Assembly (NCBI GenBank): GCA_001029715.1
Contig: CP011212.1
Coordinates: forward strand, 67,407 to 131,406
DNA: 64,000 bases
Direction: 5' to 3'
Source of the DNA: a candidate division TM6 bacterium GW2011_GWF2_28_16
GTDB lineage: Bacteria; Patescibacteriota; Microgenomatia; UBA1400; PJMF01
Below are positions 1 through 9,679 of the stretch, in pieces; positions within the stretch are counted from its first letter, which is position 1, and every line of letters begins with the position of its first letter. The notes beneath the pieces are model-generated. The model was given only the letters and a program-made list of their open reading frames with translations. It was not told the origin of the DNA and made no database searches. Position numbers and translations under genes: made by a program.

Positions 1-1
1 T

Positions 2-2224
2 GAGCAAAAGCAACCACTTTTTCAAGAATTTAGTTTTGTAAATAACGCTAAGAGCCAAATTGAAAAACTAATTGATCAAAAAATCAGAGGTCTTATTGAT
101 CACGATGAAGAGCTAGATTCAATTGCTCCTACGGAGTTAGAGCTAAAGAAGGCTTTGGAAATAAGTAGATTGCAGAGAATTCGCCAAAATAAGAAAAATA
201 AGGTTCAAAAAAAGCTTCAGAAAGCTGAAGTAGACAATGCTTGGGAATTAATTAAAGAGACCGATAAAGAACCAACAGAAGGGCATGAGAGCCAGGCTTT
301 TGATTCGGAACTTGGCAATAGAATTGAAGAGATCTTCTCTACTCAAAGAGGTTTTGATAAATCTAAGCGCCAAGAAGAAAATATTGTTCAAGGTAAAAAA
401 ATTATTAAAAAAAGCAAAAAAAGAAAATTCCTTTTTTGGCTTGGCAGCATTGGTTTTAGCCTTAGTTTTATTTTTTTACTCCTATTCTCTCTTTTCAATT
501 TAAGTCAAAAAACCTTGCAAAACCAACTCTACAACGTAATTAAAAATGGCGGAAATAATATAGAAAAGATTGATAAATCAGTTATTTATGGTCTTTTTAA
601 GTTTCAGCTTGCTCAATATCAAAAAGTTTCATCTGAAGAAAGCCTTAGTGAGGCATTAGATATAAAAAAACTAGCAGATGTCCTCTCAGCTCTTTCAGAA
701 ACTCAGCTGAAATACGAAGAGTCTAGCTATGATTTATATAAAAAAACTCTTGATGGGGGAGTTAAGTTGGAACAATCTTATGAAGATTTAACCAACTCAA
801 TTGATAAAAAAATTGTCGCTCAAAAAGAATTTAACGCCTATTTAATGGCTCTAAATTTAGATCTATATCAAGGGGAAGAGAAAAAAGTCTGGCAAAATAT
901 TCTTGAGGGAAATAAGGCAGCTTTGAGGGATTCCATTCAGGTTCAGCGATTTTTAACTCCGTTTAAAGAATTCATTCTACAGGAGGGAAGAGTCAACGTA
1001 TTAGTTTTATTCCAGGACAGCAATGAACTAAGATCTACGGGCGGATTTTTAACTGAGCTTGCTATTCTGAGCTTTGAAAATGCTTCTTTAATAGACAAAC
1101 AAATTCTTGATGTAAATGATTTAGATATGAGAACCTACGGACATAAAGATTCGAGTCAGGAAATTAAAGATTTATTGGGAGAAAATATTCTTTATTTGCG
1201 CGACAGCAATTGGCAAGTAGATTTCTCAAAGAGTAGCCAAGAGATTAAGTGGTTTGCTGAGCAAGTTAGTGGTTCACAGGTGGATTTAGTTTTAGCAATA
1301 AACAGCAAAACAATTATTAAATTATTGGATTCTCTAAGTGGAGTAGAGTTGGCAAATAATGTTTCAGTTAATGGGGCTAATTATTTGGAGAATCAGGAAA
1401 AAACTGCTTCTTCAGATTATAAGTCTATTAGTGATAAAAAATTTAATTGGCAATTTGTTAGCGCTTTATTCGAAAAGGTTTTTAGTCTGAATAAAGAACA
1501 ATTAATGCTTTTTGAAAAGGTTGCTATTAGCCAACTAGGTGAGCGAGAAATTTTGATACAAAGCGCTGACCAAAACTTGCAGAAAGCCATTGAAGCCAAC
1601 TCGTGGAGTGGAAAAAAAGTGGAACTTGTTTGCCCAGCAGAGTTTAAACAGGATAATTGTTTATTGGACTTTATTTTTCAGGTGGAAAATAATGTGGGGA
1701 TAAACAAAGTGAATCCATATATTAAGGAAACAATTGAACATAATCTTGGAATCAGTGAGCAATTTATTCGTCATAAACGTAAAATCACTTTCGAAAATTT
1801 AGCCAAAAGTGATACTTGGCCTCTAGGGACTTATCGAGATTACTTAAAGTTTTATCTCAACTCTCAAGCTAGTTTGGAAAAAATTGAAATAAATGGTCAA
1901 AAAATAGATGGGTCACGCATTAAAATAATAGATGGAGAAGATGGTAGAGAAATCGCCATTCTTCTAGAAATTCCCAAAGAAAGCAAGTTGGAGTTCACGA
2001 TTATTTATTTAGTTCCCAATCAAGTAAAGGCTCCTTTTTCTTATGTTTTCTTTGATCAAAAACAAGCCGGACTTTTTGATAAAAAGACTAGCTATAATAT
2101 TGTTTTTGATGAAAAGTTCAAACCTCAATTAATTGCTCCTCAGGCTAGCTATCAAGATAAAGTTATTCATTTCAACAATGCCAACTTAGATCACTTTCTT
2201 TTTGCCATTAATTTTAGTGAGTAA
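2..2224 (+). CDS. hypothetical membrane-anchored protein, 5' end probably outside the window (possibly DUF4012-like)
   Basis: Reading frame is open from the window edge to the stop at 2224. First in-window start-type codon is TTG at 155. One TM segment (FLFWLGSIGFSLSFIFLLLFSLF) followed by a large soluble domain. Motif LVLFQDSNELRSTGGF is reminiscent of DUF4012; no catalytic motif recognised. Confidence 0.5.
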   Translation, partial: EQKQPLFQEFSFVNNAKSQIEKLIDQKIRGLIDHDEELDSIAPTELELKKALEISRLQRIRQNKKNKVQKKLQKAEVDNAWELIKETDKEPTEGHESQAFDSELGNRIEEIFSTQRGFDKSKRQEENIVQGKKIIKKSKKRKFLFWLGSIGFSLSFIFLLLFSLFNLSQKTLQNQLYNVIKNGGNNIEKIDKSVIYGLFKFQLAQYQKVSSEESLSEALDIKKLADVLSALSETQLKYEESSYDLYKKTLDGGVKLEQSYEDLTNSIDKKIVAQKEFNAYLMALNLDLYQGEEKKVWQNILEGNKAALRDSIQVQRFLTPFKEFILQEGRVNVLVLFQDSNELRSTGGFLTELAILSFENASLIDKQILDVNDLDMRTYGHKDSSQEIKDLLGENILYLRDSNWQVDFSKSSQEIKWFAEQVSGSQVDLVLAINSKTIIKLLDSLSGVELANNVSVNGANYLENQEKTASSDYKSISDKKFNWQFVSALFEKVFSLNKEQLMLFEKVAISQLGEREILIQSADQNLQKAIEANSWSGKKVELVCPAEFKQDNCLLDFIFQVENNVGINKVNPYIKETIEHNLGISEQFIRHKRKITFENLAKSDTWPLGTYRDYLKFYLNSQASLEKIEINGQKIDGSRIKIIDGEDGREIAILLEIPKESKLEFTIIYLVPNQVKAPFSYVFFDQKQAGLFDKKTSYNIVFDEKFKPQLIAPQASYQDKVIHFNNANLDHFLFAINFSE

Positions 2225-2410
2225 TTTCCACGTGTTTTATTTGATGCCTAAGATGTTTAGTTTATATCATCGGCATTTTTTATCTTTTCAAGGTTACAAA
2301 AAACTTTTTAGTTTGATACACTTTGTTATTAAAGTTGCCTTAAGCTTTTAAGTCGAGCAAGCGTATGATAGAATGATTGCCTGTAAAGCAGAAAGGCTCC
2401 AGATAAAAAT

Positions 2411-3091
2411 ATGGAAAAAATTAAATTAAACGCCTCAAAAAGGCAAAATAAAAAAACCAATCAATTGCGCAAAGAGGGCATTATCCCAGCTAATATGTAT
2501 CAGGCAGGGAAAGACTCTGTTGCTTTGGAATTAGATAATCTTACTTTTGTAAAATTAAGTCGTCATCTTAATGACAACGCAGTTATTTATTTACAAATTG
2601 CTGATGATAAAAAAGAACTTCCAGTCTTAATAGATGAAGTTCAACATGATGTTTATGGTAAGAATATTCTTCACGTGGTTTTTAGAAAAATTAATCTTGC
2701 CGAAAAAATTAGAGCTGATATTGCTATCGAGCTAGTTGGAGAATTTGATGTTGAAAATGGTGTTTTGGTTTTAGCCAAAGACAGCGTTGAAGTCGAAGCT
2801 CTTCCAACCGATTTGCCAGAGAAATTTGAGGTTGACCAGGGTCAACTCAAAGCTATTGGAGATAAAATTTCTCTAGATTCTTTGGAATTTGATTCAAGCA
2901 AAGTAACCATAATTTTAGGAGAAGACGAAGTAGCTGAAGATATCGCTATTGCCATCGTTCAAGAAAAAGCTGAGGAGATTATAGAAGAAGTGAGTGAAGA
3001 ATTAGTTGAGCCAGAATTAGCTGGTGAGAAGAAAGAGGAGGGAGAAGAGGATAAGGCCGAAACTCCAGCCGAAAAACCTTCAGAAGCTTAA
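2411..3091 (+). CDS. rplY: 50S ribosomal protein L25 / general stress protein Ctc
   Basis: N-terminal L25 fold signature (KLNASKRQNKKTNQLRKEGIIPANMY...) followed by an acidic Ctc-type C-terminal tail. 226 aa. Confidence 0.85.
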   Translation: MEKIKLNASKRQNKKTNQLRKEGIIPANMYQAGKDSVALELDNLTFVKLSRHLNDNAVIYLQIADDKKELPVLIDEVQHDVYGKNILHVVFRKINLAEKIRADIAIELVGEFDVENGVLVLAKDSVEVEALPTDLPEKFEVDQGQLKAIGDKISLDSLEFDSSKVTIILGEDEVAEDIAIAIVQEKAEEIIEEVSEELVEPELAGEKKEEGEEDKAETPAEKPSEA

Positions 3092-3573
3092 TTTTTTTCT
3101 AAGTAATTGATCTGAGGAGCAATTTGTTTAGCTTGCTTAAAATATTCTTTAGTGGGTTGATCTTGATCAAGGGCTTTATTTAATTGACTTAAATTAAGTA
3201 AAAGGCCCAGGCTTTTTATATTTAAGCTTTCCAGTTTTTGCAGTTGTTCTATCTCGATTAGAACTTCATTTTCAGTCATGGTCACAAGCTGGCTTTTTGG
3301 TAGCTCTAGTCCGGTTTTTTCGAAAATTTCTACATGCTGGATCTCAACTTGAGGGGTATTTTTTTGCTTAATTATTAAAAGATTTAAGCCAATGCTAAGA
3401 ATAATGAGAGAGAGCAGACTAATATTTAATAGTTTTTTTGCATTGATTTTTATGAGTAAAAAATTCAGGGCAAAAACAAATAAATTGAAGGCCAGCTTCA
3501 AACAAACCCAAGTCAATTTTAAATAAAATAGAAAGTTATCTAGCACGAGAAAATTATAGCCTATTCTGGCCAA
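3088..3573 (-). CDS. hypothetical small membrane protein
   Basis: 161-aa ORF with two or three hydrophobic helices. Lies between valS and rplY with 4-bp and 13-bp overlaps. No recognisable domain. Confidence 0.35.
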   Translation of the reverse strand: MARIGYNFLVLDNFLFYLKLTWVCLKLAFNLFVFALNFLLIKINAKKLLNISLLSLIILSIGLNLLIIKQKNTPQVEIQHVEIFEKTGLELPKSQLVTMTENEVLIEIEQLQKLESLNIKSLGLLLNLSQLNKALDQDQPTKEYFKQAKQIAPQINYLEKN

Positions 3574-5819
3574 GCACTGCTAGTTAGGATTTTATCTTCA
3601 ACTAAGTTTTCCTTAGCTAGCTCTTGCCAGATAGCTTCAGTAACAAAAGGAATAAATGGGTGAAGGAGTTTCAGGAAAGTTTTTAGTCCATCTAACATTA
3701 AATCTTGATTTATCAATCCTTTTTTTGATTCTTCTATGCATTGATCGCAAAACCAATGCCAAAATTCATTGTAAAGTGTATCAGCAGCTACACCGAGTTG
3801 AAATGATTCTAGATTTTTAGTGACGTCTTTAGTAATTTGTTTTAGTTTTTCTTTAAAAACTTGATCATGGGCACAGTTAATCGGCTGATTTACTTGATTT
3901 TCTTCTCTAGTAATTAGAATAAAGCGACTGGCATTCCAGAGCTTATTACTAAGATTTCTGCCAGCTTTAAAATCTGCATCGCCCACTGATTTGTCTAGTC
4001 CAGCGGAGGAACGAATCACAAGTGCCATTCTGAGCGCGTCAGTGCCATATTTTTCACTGATTTCCATAGGATTGACTACATTGCCCTTACTTTTACTCAT
4101 CTTTAGCCCTTTGGCGTCTCTAATCAGCCCGTGGAGGTAGATGTTTTTAAAAGGAGTTTGACCAGTTTTATAGATACCCATCATGAGCATTCTCATTACC
4201 CAAAACATCAAGATATCATAAGCAGTTTCCATGGTGTTAGTGGGGTAGAATCGTTCGAAATCGCCTGGTTTATTATTTATCAAAGTGACAAAAGGCCACT
4301 GGCTAGAAGAAAACCAAGTGTCAAAAGTGTCGGTTTCTTGAAGGTATCTTTCTCCAGGATTCTCTTGGCTAATCAAATAATTTGCTTCGATTCTGGCGCT
4401 AATGTTTTGCAGTCCAGCTCTAATTTCTTCAATTGAGTTTTCCTTGAGCAAATCTGCTAGTTTTCCAGAAACGCGATTCTTTTCTTGATCAATAAAAGTG
4501 ATTTGAGCATCTAGATTTTTGTCAATTTCATACCAGATGGGTAGGCGAATGCCCCAAACAATTTGTCGGCTAATATTCCAATCTTCGAGGGTTTCTAGCC
4601 AATGACGCAAAATTTTATCATGACCTGCGCCAAAAACTTTGATTTCTCCTTGATCGATTTTCTTAATTACCGAATTGGTTAGACTTTTTACTTTAATATA
4701 AAACTGAGGCAGAGGAAGCGGTTCAATAGGATTACCGCAGCGATAACAAACACTCAGATTATTGTGATAATTTTTATCTATTTTGACGAGTAAGCCTTTT
4801 TCCTCTAGATCTTTGATTACTTGTTCTCTAGCAATAGCAATTTTAAGCCCAGCATATTTGCCAGCGGTAGCCGTTAAGCGACCTTCAAAATCTACAATCT
4901 GTATTGGCTCTGGCAATTCATCTTTATGTCTTTGCCAGGCAGCAAAATCATTAAAGTCGTGATAAGGTGTAATTTTAACTACGCCTGTCCCGAATTTTGG
5001 ATCGACAAAATCGTCAGCGATTACTTTTAATTTGAAATTACCATTTAAGCCTTCAACTTCAATTTCTTGACCAATATATTTTTGGTAGCGCTTGTCGTCT
5101 GGATGAACAGCTAAGCCAGTGTCGCCAAATTTAGTTTCTGGTCTAGTGGTCGCCAAAGTGAAAGGGCCATACTTAATGTAATAAAGCGAAGTGTCTTGTT
5201 CTTTGTGATCAACTTCTAAATTACTAAAAGCAGTGCCACATTTTGGACAAAAATTTACCAAGCGATTGGCTCGATAAACTAAACCGTCTTGATTCATTTT
5301 AATAAAAGTTTCAGTTACAGTTTCGACAATGTCTTTATCGAGGGTAAATTTATAGCGACTCCAGTCAGCGCTGGCGCCTAATTGTTTGATTTGATCAACT
5401 GCAACGGCGGAATTTTCACTCACATAGTCCCAGATCATTTTAAAAAGAGTTTCGCGATCAAAATTAAAGCGACTTTTGCCTTCTTTTTTGAGTTTTTTCT
5501 CGAAAACAAATTGAGTTTCAATGCCTGCATGGTCAGTGCCAGGAATCCAAACAGTGTCCTTACCTTGCATGCGCGCAAAACGAATCATAATGTCCTCAAG
5601 AGTGACGAACATGGCGTGACCGACGTGTAGAGGGTCATTGGCATTAGGAGGAGGCATGATAATTGAAAAACTCTCGTTAGCTTTTTTTGATTTTTTGTTT
5701 AGATTTTGGCTAATTTCGCTGTCGGGGCTGAAGCAATCATGATCGAGCCACATCTTGTAGATTTTGGCTTCATGATCTTTGGCTTGGTATTGTTTATCTA
5801 GCATAGTTCGATCTGGCAA
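3561..5819 (-). CDS. valS: valyl-tRNA synthetase (short form)
   Basis: Class-I aaRS HIGH region PPPNANDPLHVGHA (ValRS-type PPPN..G.LH.GHA). KMSKS motif (LKMSKSKGNVV). TTRPETKFGDTGLAVHPDD editing-domain motif typical of ValRS. 752 aa, lacking the long C-terminal coiled coil. Confidence 0.88.
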   Translation of the reverse strand: MPDRTMLDKQYQAKDHEAKIYKMWLDHDCFSPDSEISQNLNKKSKKANESFSIIMPPPNANDPLHVGHAMFVTLEDIMIRFARMQGKDTVWIPGTDHAGIETQFVFEKKLKKEGKSRFNFDRETLFKMIWDYVSENSAVAVDQIKQLGASADWSRYKFTLDKDIVETVTETFIKMNQDGLVYRANRLVNFCPKCGTAFSNLEVDHKEQDTSLYYIKYGPFTLATTRPETKFGDTGLAVHPDDKRYQKYIGQEIEVEGLNGNFKLKVIADDFVDPKFGTGVVKITPYHDFNDFAAWQRHKDELPEPIQIVDFEGRLTATAGKYAGLKIAIAREQVIKDLEEKGLLVKIDKNYHNNLSVCYRCGNPIEPLPLPQFYIKVKSLTNSVIKKIDQGEIKVFGAGHDKILRHWLETLEDWNISRQIVWGIRLPIWYEIDKNLDAQITFIDQEKNRVSGKLADLLKENSIEEIRAGLQNISARIEANYLISQENPGERYLQETDTFDTWFSSSQWPFVTLINNKPGDFERFYPTNTMETAYDILMFWVMRMLMMGIYKTGQTPFKNIYLHGLIRDAKGLKMSKSKGNVVNPMEISEKYGTDALRMALVIRSSAGLDKSVGDADFKAGRNLSNKLWNASRFILITREENQVNQPINCAHDQVFKEKLKQITKDVTKNLESFQLGVAADTLYNEFWHWFCDQCIEESKKGLINQDLMLDGLKTFLKLLHPFIPFVTEAIWQELAKENLVEDKILTSSAWPE

Positions 5820-5862
5820 TTATAGCATTCCTCATGAGCCTAAGGTAGAATAGCTTCCAAAT

Positions 5863-6435
5863 ATGCGACAGGTTAATTTAGTTAATGATCAAGATGAAAT
5901 AATTGGGCAAACCGATCTCTTGGATGCTCATAGGGGAGAAGGAAAGAAGCATCAGGCTATTTCTTTATTTTTGTTTCATAAAAAAAGAAATGGCGAATTT
6001 GAACTATTAATTCAACAACGTAGCAATGAAAAAATTGTTGGTGCTTTAGAGTGGGCCAATACAATCTGTGCAAATTTATTACCAGGAGAAAATCATTTAA
6101 CTTGTTTGAAAAGAAGGGTTTTTGAAGAGCTTGGAATTAGATGGCAAGAGGAATGGCCACTAGAAAAAACAATGATTTTTGATTATCAAATTCCTTGCGA
6201 AAATGGTTTTTGTGAAAATGAAATTGATCATATTTTCGTTTCAGTTTTAGATGAAAAGCTGATTTCTAATTTGGAAATTTCACTAAATCCAAAAGAAGTG
6301 GTTGCCACTAGTTGGATTGATTGGAATGATCTCAAACTTAAAAAAGTAGGGGAGAAAAAAATAACTCCTTGGCTTAATCTATTTTTAGATAGCTCAGAAA
6401 TTATTAAAAAAATTGATCGGATGCTCATAAAATGA
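5863..6435 (+). CDS. idi: isopentenyl-diphosphate delta-isomerase, type 1 (Nudix family)
   Basis: Pattern HQAISLFLF..GEFELLIQQRS..K...ALEWANTICANLLPGENHLTCLKRRVFEELGI matches type-1 IDI (H.AFS.FLFN..G.LLLQRR...K...PG.WTN..C.HP..GE....A..RR..EELGI). Adjacent to uppS and other isoprenoid genes. Confidence 0.7.
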   Translation: MRQVNLVNDQDEIIGQTDLLDAHRGEGKKHQAISLFLFHKKRNGEFELLIQQRSNEKIVGALEWANTICANLLPGENHLTCLKRRVFEELGIRWQEEWPLEKTMIFDYQIPCENGFCENEIDHIFVSVLDEKLISNLEISLNPKEVVATSWIDWNDLKLKKVGEKKITPWLNLFLDSSEIIKKIDRMLIK

Positions 6436-7109
6436 CAGAAACAAAAAGCTTAGTTCCCAAACATGTAGCTATTATTATGGACGGTAATCGTCGCTGGGCT
6501 CGCCAACAGGGTTTGTCCATAATCAAAGGTCATCGCAAAGTTGCTGAGGAAATGATTGAGCGCCTGGCAGATTTTGCTATTGCCGAGGGAATAGAATATT
6601 TAACTCTTTGGGCTTTTAGTACAGAAAATTGGCAAAGACCAAAAGATGAATTAGATGGAATTATGGCTCTTTTTCGTGAAACCTTCTCTACTAGTGCCAA
6701 AAGACTACATAAAAAAGGAGTTAGAGTGGCTGTAATAGGGGATTTGAATCGTTTTCCAGATGATATTAGAAAAGGCGTGGAATTCTGGGTGGAAGAAACT
6801 AAAGAAAACAATAAGCTAATAGTGACTTTTGCCTTAAATTATGGTGGTAGAGATGATATTAAAAGAGCAGTTAAGCTTGGTGGTGAAGATTTCGAGAATT
6901 TTTTAGATACTAAAAGAGTAATTGATATTCCAGATCCAGATTTTTTGATTCGTCCCGGTGGGGAAAAAAGACTTTCTGGATTTTTAACTTGGCAGACGGT
7001 TTATACAGAATTGTATTTTACTGATGTTCTTATGCCGGACTTTGATGAAAAAGAATTTGCCAAAGCACTAGAAGACTATGCTCAGAGACAAAGAAGATTT
7101 GGGAAATAG
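6432..7109 (+). CDS. uppS: undecaprenyl-diphosphate synthase (cis-isoprenyl transferase)
   Basis: HVAIIMDGNRRWA and WAFSTENWQRP motifs. 225 aa. Confidence 0.92.
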   Translation: MTETKSLVPKHVAIIMDGNRRWARQQGLSIIKGHRKVAEEMIERLADFAIAEGIEYLTLWAFSTENWQRPKDELDGIMALFRETFSTSAKRLHKKGVRVAVIGDLNRFPDDIRKGVEFWVEETKENNKLIVTFALNYGGRDDIKRAVKLGGEDFENFLDTKRVIDIPDPDFLIRPGGEKRLSGFLTWQTVYTELYFTDVLMPDFDEKEFAKALEDYAQRQRRFGK

Positions 7110-7135
7110 TCAAGCAATTTATTCTTCAGAAATTA

Positions 7136-7498
7136 TTACCAGTTTTTAGCTGATCCAGGGATGGTGAAGTTTTTAATAACTTCAAGACCGGTAAAATCGG
7201 AAATCAAATTAACGATAATAAATGAGGACAGAGCTAAAATAATACCAACAACTGCCATGGTAATTGTATTTTTAGATTTTTCTGTAGCCTGACTATTGCC
7301 ACCCATGATCATCATGTTAAAGGCTGCGTAGATAATCATTATGAAGCCAGCAATACCGAGAGCAGTCAGTGCAATTGAAAAAACATTGGCCAACATACAT
7401 CCAATTCCCTGTATGGTTGCTGTGCCATTATTAACACATCCTTCACTAATGTCTGACCAGGCTTGGGTTTGTGCGTAGGCTTGTTTGACGATTTGCAT
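7136..7498 (-). CDS. TrbC/VirB2-like T4SS pilin family protein (paralogue 1 of 7)
   Basis: Small protein with two hydrophobic helices separated by the short loop GGNSQATEKSKNT. Same architecture as the six upstream paralogues. Confidence 0.55.
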   Translation of the reverse strand: MQIVKQAYAQTQAWSDISEGCVNNGTATIQGIGCMLANVFSIALTALGIAGFIMIIYAAFNMMIMGGNSQATEKSKNTITMAVVGIILALSSFIIVNLISDFTGLEVIKNFTIPGSAKNW

Positions 7499-7520
7499 TT
7501 ATTTCTAGATTATATATTTA

Positions 7521-7548
7521 AAAAACCCGCTTTAAAAGCGGGTTTTTT
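7521..7548. terminator. rho-independent terminator (bidirectional palindrome)
   Basis: AAAAA-CCCGCTTT-AA-AAGCGGG-TTTTTT between two minus-strand pilin genes. Confidence 0.7.
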
Positions 7549-7569
7549 ATATTTTCCATAAAATAATGA

Positions 7570-7977
7570 TTATTTATTTGGATTATTGATGTCGCCGACA
7601 TTATTGAAAACGTCATTGAAGTCACCAAATCCTAAGAATTGGACAACTAGAGTAACTATAGCGTAAGAAGCAGCTACAATTACCAAGCCAATTACAGCGG
7701 AAGTGAGTTTGTTTCTAGCGCTTTCTGCTTTGGTTTTATCTCCGCCTGAAGTAATCCATTCGATGCCTCCCCAAATCATGTAGGCGAAAACTAAGAGGGC
7801 TGCAACGAGCATAACTACATTCAAGATAGAACTGAACATAGTACCAAAATTATTTGCATATCCCTTACCAGTGGTAATTGGTTGGATGTCAACTTCAGCC
7901 ATGGCCATAGAGGCTGTACTCAACATGGTACCCATAGCGGCTCCGGTAGCGAGGACGATTTTCTTTAATGATTTCAT
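7570..7977 (-). CDS. TrbC/VirB2-like T4SS pilin family protein (paralogue 2)
   Basis: Signal peptide (…TASMAMA/EV), then helix1, IWGGIEWITSGGDKTKAESARNKLTSAVIGLVIV, helix2. Conserved core shared with paralogues 3-5. Confidence 0.65.
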   Translation of the reverse strand: MKSLKKIVLATGAAMGTMLSTASMAMAEVDIQPITTGKGYANNFGTMFSSILNVVMLVAALLVFAYMIWGGIEWITSGGDKTKAESARNKLTSAVIGLVIVAASYAIVTLVVQFLGFGDFNDVFNNVGDINNPNK

Positions 7978-8044
7978 AATTTTTTCCTTTTTAATTACTA
8001 AATTAATTTATTATAAATACGATTATATCAAGTTTAGTCAACTT

Positions 8045-8383
8045 TTAATTAAAAGTCAAAACATCTATCCCCAAAAATCCTTCTAAGAGTAAGAAAATTG
8101 CAGTCACGGCGGCTAAAATAATTAGGCCAATAACGGCATTGCCAATTCTACTTCTGGCTTTTTCTAACTTGCCTGAATCACCTGCAGAGGTAATCCACTC
8201 AATTGCTCCCCAGATCAAAAAACCAAAAACTAGCACTGCTGCTAAAGTCATTACTGCGCTCATGATATTGCCAAAAAATAATCCAAAGCCACCATCACTG
8301 GAGTTGGCATATTCAGCACCTTGCAAACCTTGGCTTTGAGCTTCTCCAGCAATGTCTAATGTTAGAGCTATTTGTCTTGTCAT
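8045..8383 (-). CDS. TrbC/VirB2-like T4SS pilin family protein (paralogue 3)
   Basis: Core IWGAIEWITSAGDSGKLEKARSRIGNAVIGLIIL with two TM helices. Confidence 0.65.
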   Translation of the reverse strand: MTRQIALTLDIAGEAQSQGLQGAEYANSSDGGFGLFFGNIMSAVMTLAAVLVFGFLIWGAIEWITSAGDSGKLEKARSRIGNAVIGLIILAAVTAIFLLLEGFLGIDVLTFN

Positions 8384-8395
8384 ATTTTTTCGTTT

Positions 8396-8824
8396 TTAGT
8401 TATAAGTAGGCAGAGTTAATTTTAGTAAATCGAAGTTGTCGCCAAAGAAAATCTTACTAATAAAGCTAAGAATAGTGAAGGAGGCAACTAAAATAATTAA
8501 GCCAATCACGGCATTGGTTATTCTTTTTCTAGCATCTTCGGCTTTTTTACTATCAGAACCAGAGCTAATCCACTCAATTGCTCCCCAGATAAAATAGGCA
8601 ATTACAGCTAGTGCTCCCAAGTTAATACTAACCTTCCATAAATAAACTACGTAGTTAATGAATTTGCTGCCATCGGCGGCGCCAGTGTTCGTGCCTAATT
8701 CTCCAACTACAGGGTTTTCTATGGCAGCGTAAGCATTTGTGGCAAAAAATGAGAACATTACCAAAGAAAATAAACTGACAAAGATGGTGTTTTTATTTAG
8801 TTTCATATTTAAATTAAATATCAT
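8396..8824 (-). CDS. TrbC/VirB2-like T4SS pilin family protein (paralogue 4)
   Basis: Signal peptide plus core IWGAIEWISSGSDSKKAEDARKRITNAVIGLIIL. Confidence 0.65.
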   Translation of the reverse strand: MIFNLNMKLNKNTIFVSLFSLVMFSFFATNAYAAIENPVVGELGTNTGAADGSKFINYVVYLWKVSINLGALAVIAYFIWGAIEWISSGSDSKKAEDARKRITNAVIGLIILVASFTILSFISKIFFGDNFDLLKLTLPTYN

Positions 8825-9180
8825 TTAGCTACGCCTGGAATAATATTTTGAATTAAATCTCCAGGATTTAGGATGTCAACTCCGACTAAACTACCGATCA
8901 GGCCAATAATAGCATAGCTAGCTACGATTAAAATTATGCCCAATGTTCCCCAAATAAATCTATTTTTAGCTTTTTCTACCTTACTACTGTCTCCTCCTGC
9001 AGTCGCCCATTCAAAAGCTGCTAAAAATGAGAAAACCACAAAAAATAAAATAGCTAAAACGGTAATCGCTCCAATAATATCGCTAAGATACAATTCCAAA
9101 GAAGAGACAAAACCCTCATTGGTTAAACTTTCTGGAGCTCTTGCTTCGCTAACTGGTTGTATTGATCCAATGTCTGCCAT
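8821..9180 (-). CDS. TrbC/VirB2-like T4SS pilin family protein (paralogue 5)
   Basis: Core AAFEWATAGGDSSKVEKAKNRFIWGTLGIILIV with two TM helices. 4-bp overlap with paralogue 4. Confidence 0.6.
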   Translation of the reverse strand: MADIGSIQPVSEARAPESLTNEGFVSSLELYLSDIIGAITVLAILFFVVFSFLAAFEWATAGGDSSKVEKAKNRFIWGTLGIILIVASYAIIGLIGSLVGVDILNPGDLIQNIIPGVAK

Positions 9181-9181
9181 A

Positions 9182-9649
9182 TTAAGTACCTATCACTGTT
9201 GGTATTTGCGGATTAATAATATACGTTGCATCTCCAAAAACGAGCAAACTAATTACGCCAATAATTGTATATGCTGCAACAATCAGAAGCAGTCCGGTTA
9301 CGCTGAGTGATAATTTTTCGCCAATCTTGGCATAAGCCCCACTATCACCATTGGAAGAAACATAAGTAAAGCCTGCAAAGACAAAATTAAACATCACCCA
9401 AATTCCAGCAATAATCGAGGCAAACTTGATCATGTTAGAGATGAAAATAAGTAGGCCAATGCTGTTTGTTCCGTTAGACGCACTTTCGGCCTGTGTATTT
9501 AATTCTGCAACTCCTGCTGGTGCGTCAATTTTACCAAAGACACCCTCTGTTAGATTAGGAGTAGGAGTTACTGTTTGAGCAACAGCTAATTGATTGCTTG
9601 AAAATAAGAGCGCAAGGGTAAAAAGTAGACTTAAAAGAATTTTTTTCAT
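9182..9649 (-). CDS. TrbC/VirB2-like T4SS pilin family protein (paralogue 6, divergent)
   Basis: Signal peptide (…NQLAVA/QT), two TM helices, loop SSNGDSGAYAKIGEKLSLSVTGLLLIV. Confidence 0.55.
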   Translation of the reverse strand: MKKILLSLLFTLALLFSSNQLAVAQTVTPTPNLTEGVFGKIDAPAGVAELNTQAESASNGTNSIGLLIFISNMIKFASIIAGIWVMFNFVFAGFTYVSSNGDSGAYAKIGEKLSLSVTGLLLIVAAYTIIGVISLLVFGDATYIINPQIPTVIGT

Positions 9650-9679
9650 TTTATATTTTGATTATAAACCATTTATCTA

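Noticed and set aside
2225-2410. Possible terminator or promoter in the rplY upstream region (GATGCC…GGCATTTTTT).
   Set aside because: The stem is only 5 bp with a mismatch at the sixth position and a 23-nt loop; the -35/-10 spacing is ambiguous. Too weak to report.
285-5630. Several short ORFs overlapping or antisense to long genes (285-503, 1417-1599, 4131-4436, 5382-5630; similar ones later at 6228-6428, 6530-6811, 21938-22135, 23874-24122, 26712-27062, 31138-31332, 32694-32897 and elsewhere).
   Set aside because: They are entirely embedded in well-supported longer ORFs (valS, uppS, HMGR, thiolase, ABC genes), are low-complexity or AT-run translations, and have no motifs. Treated as spurious.
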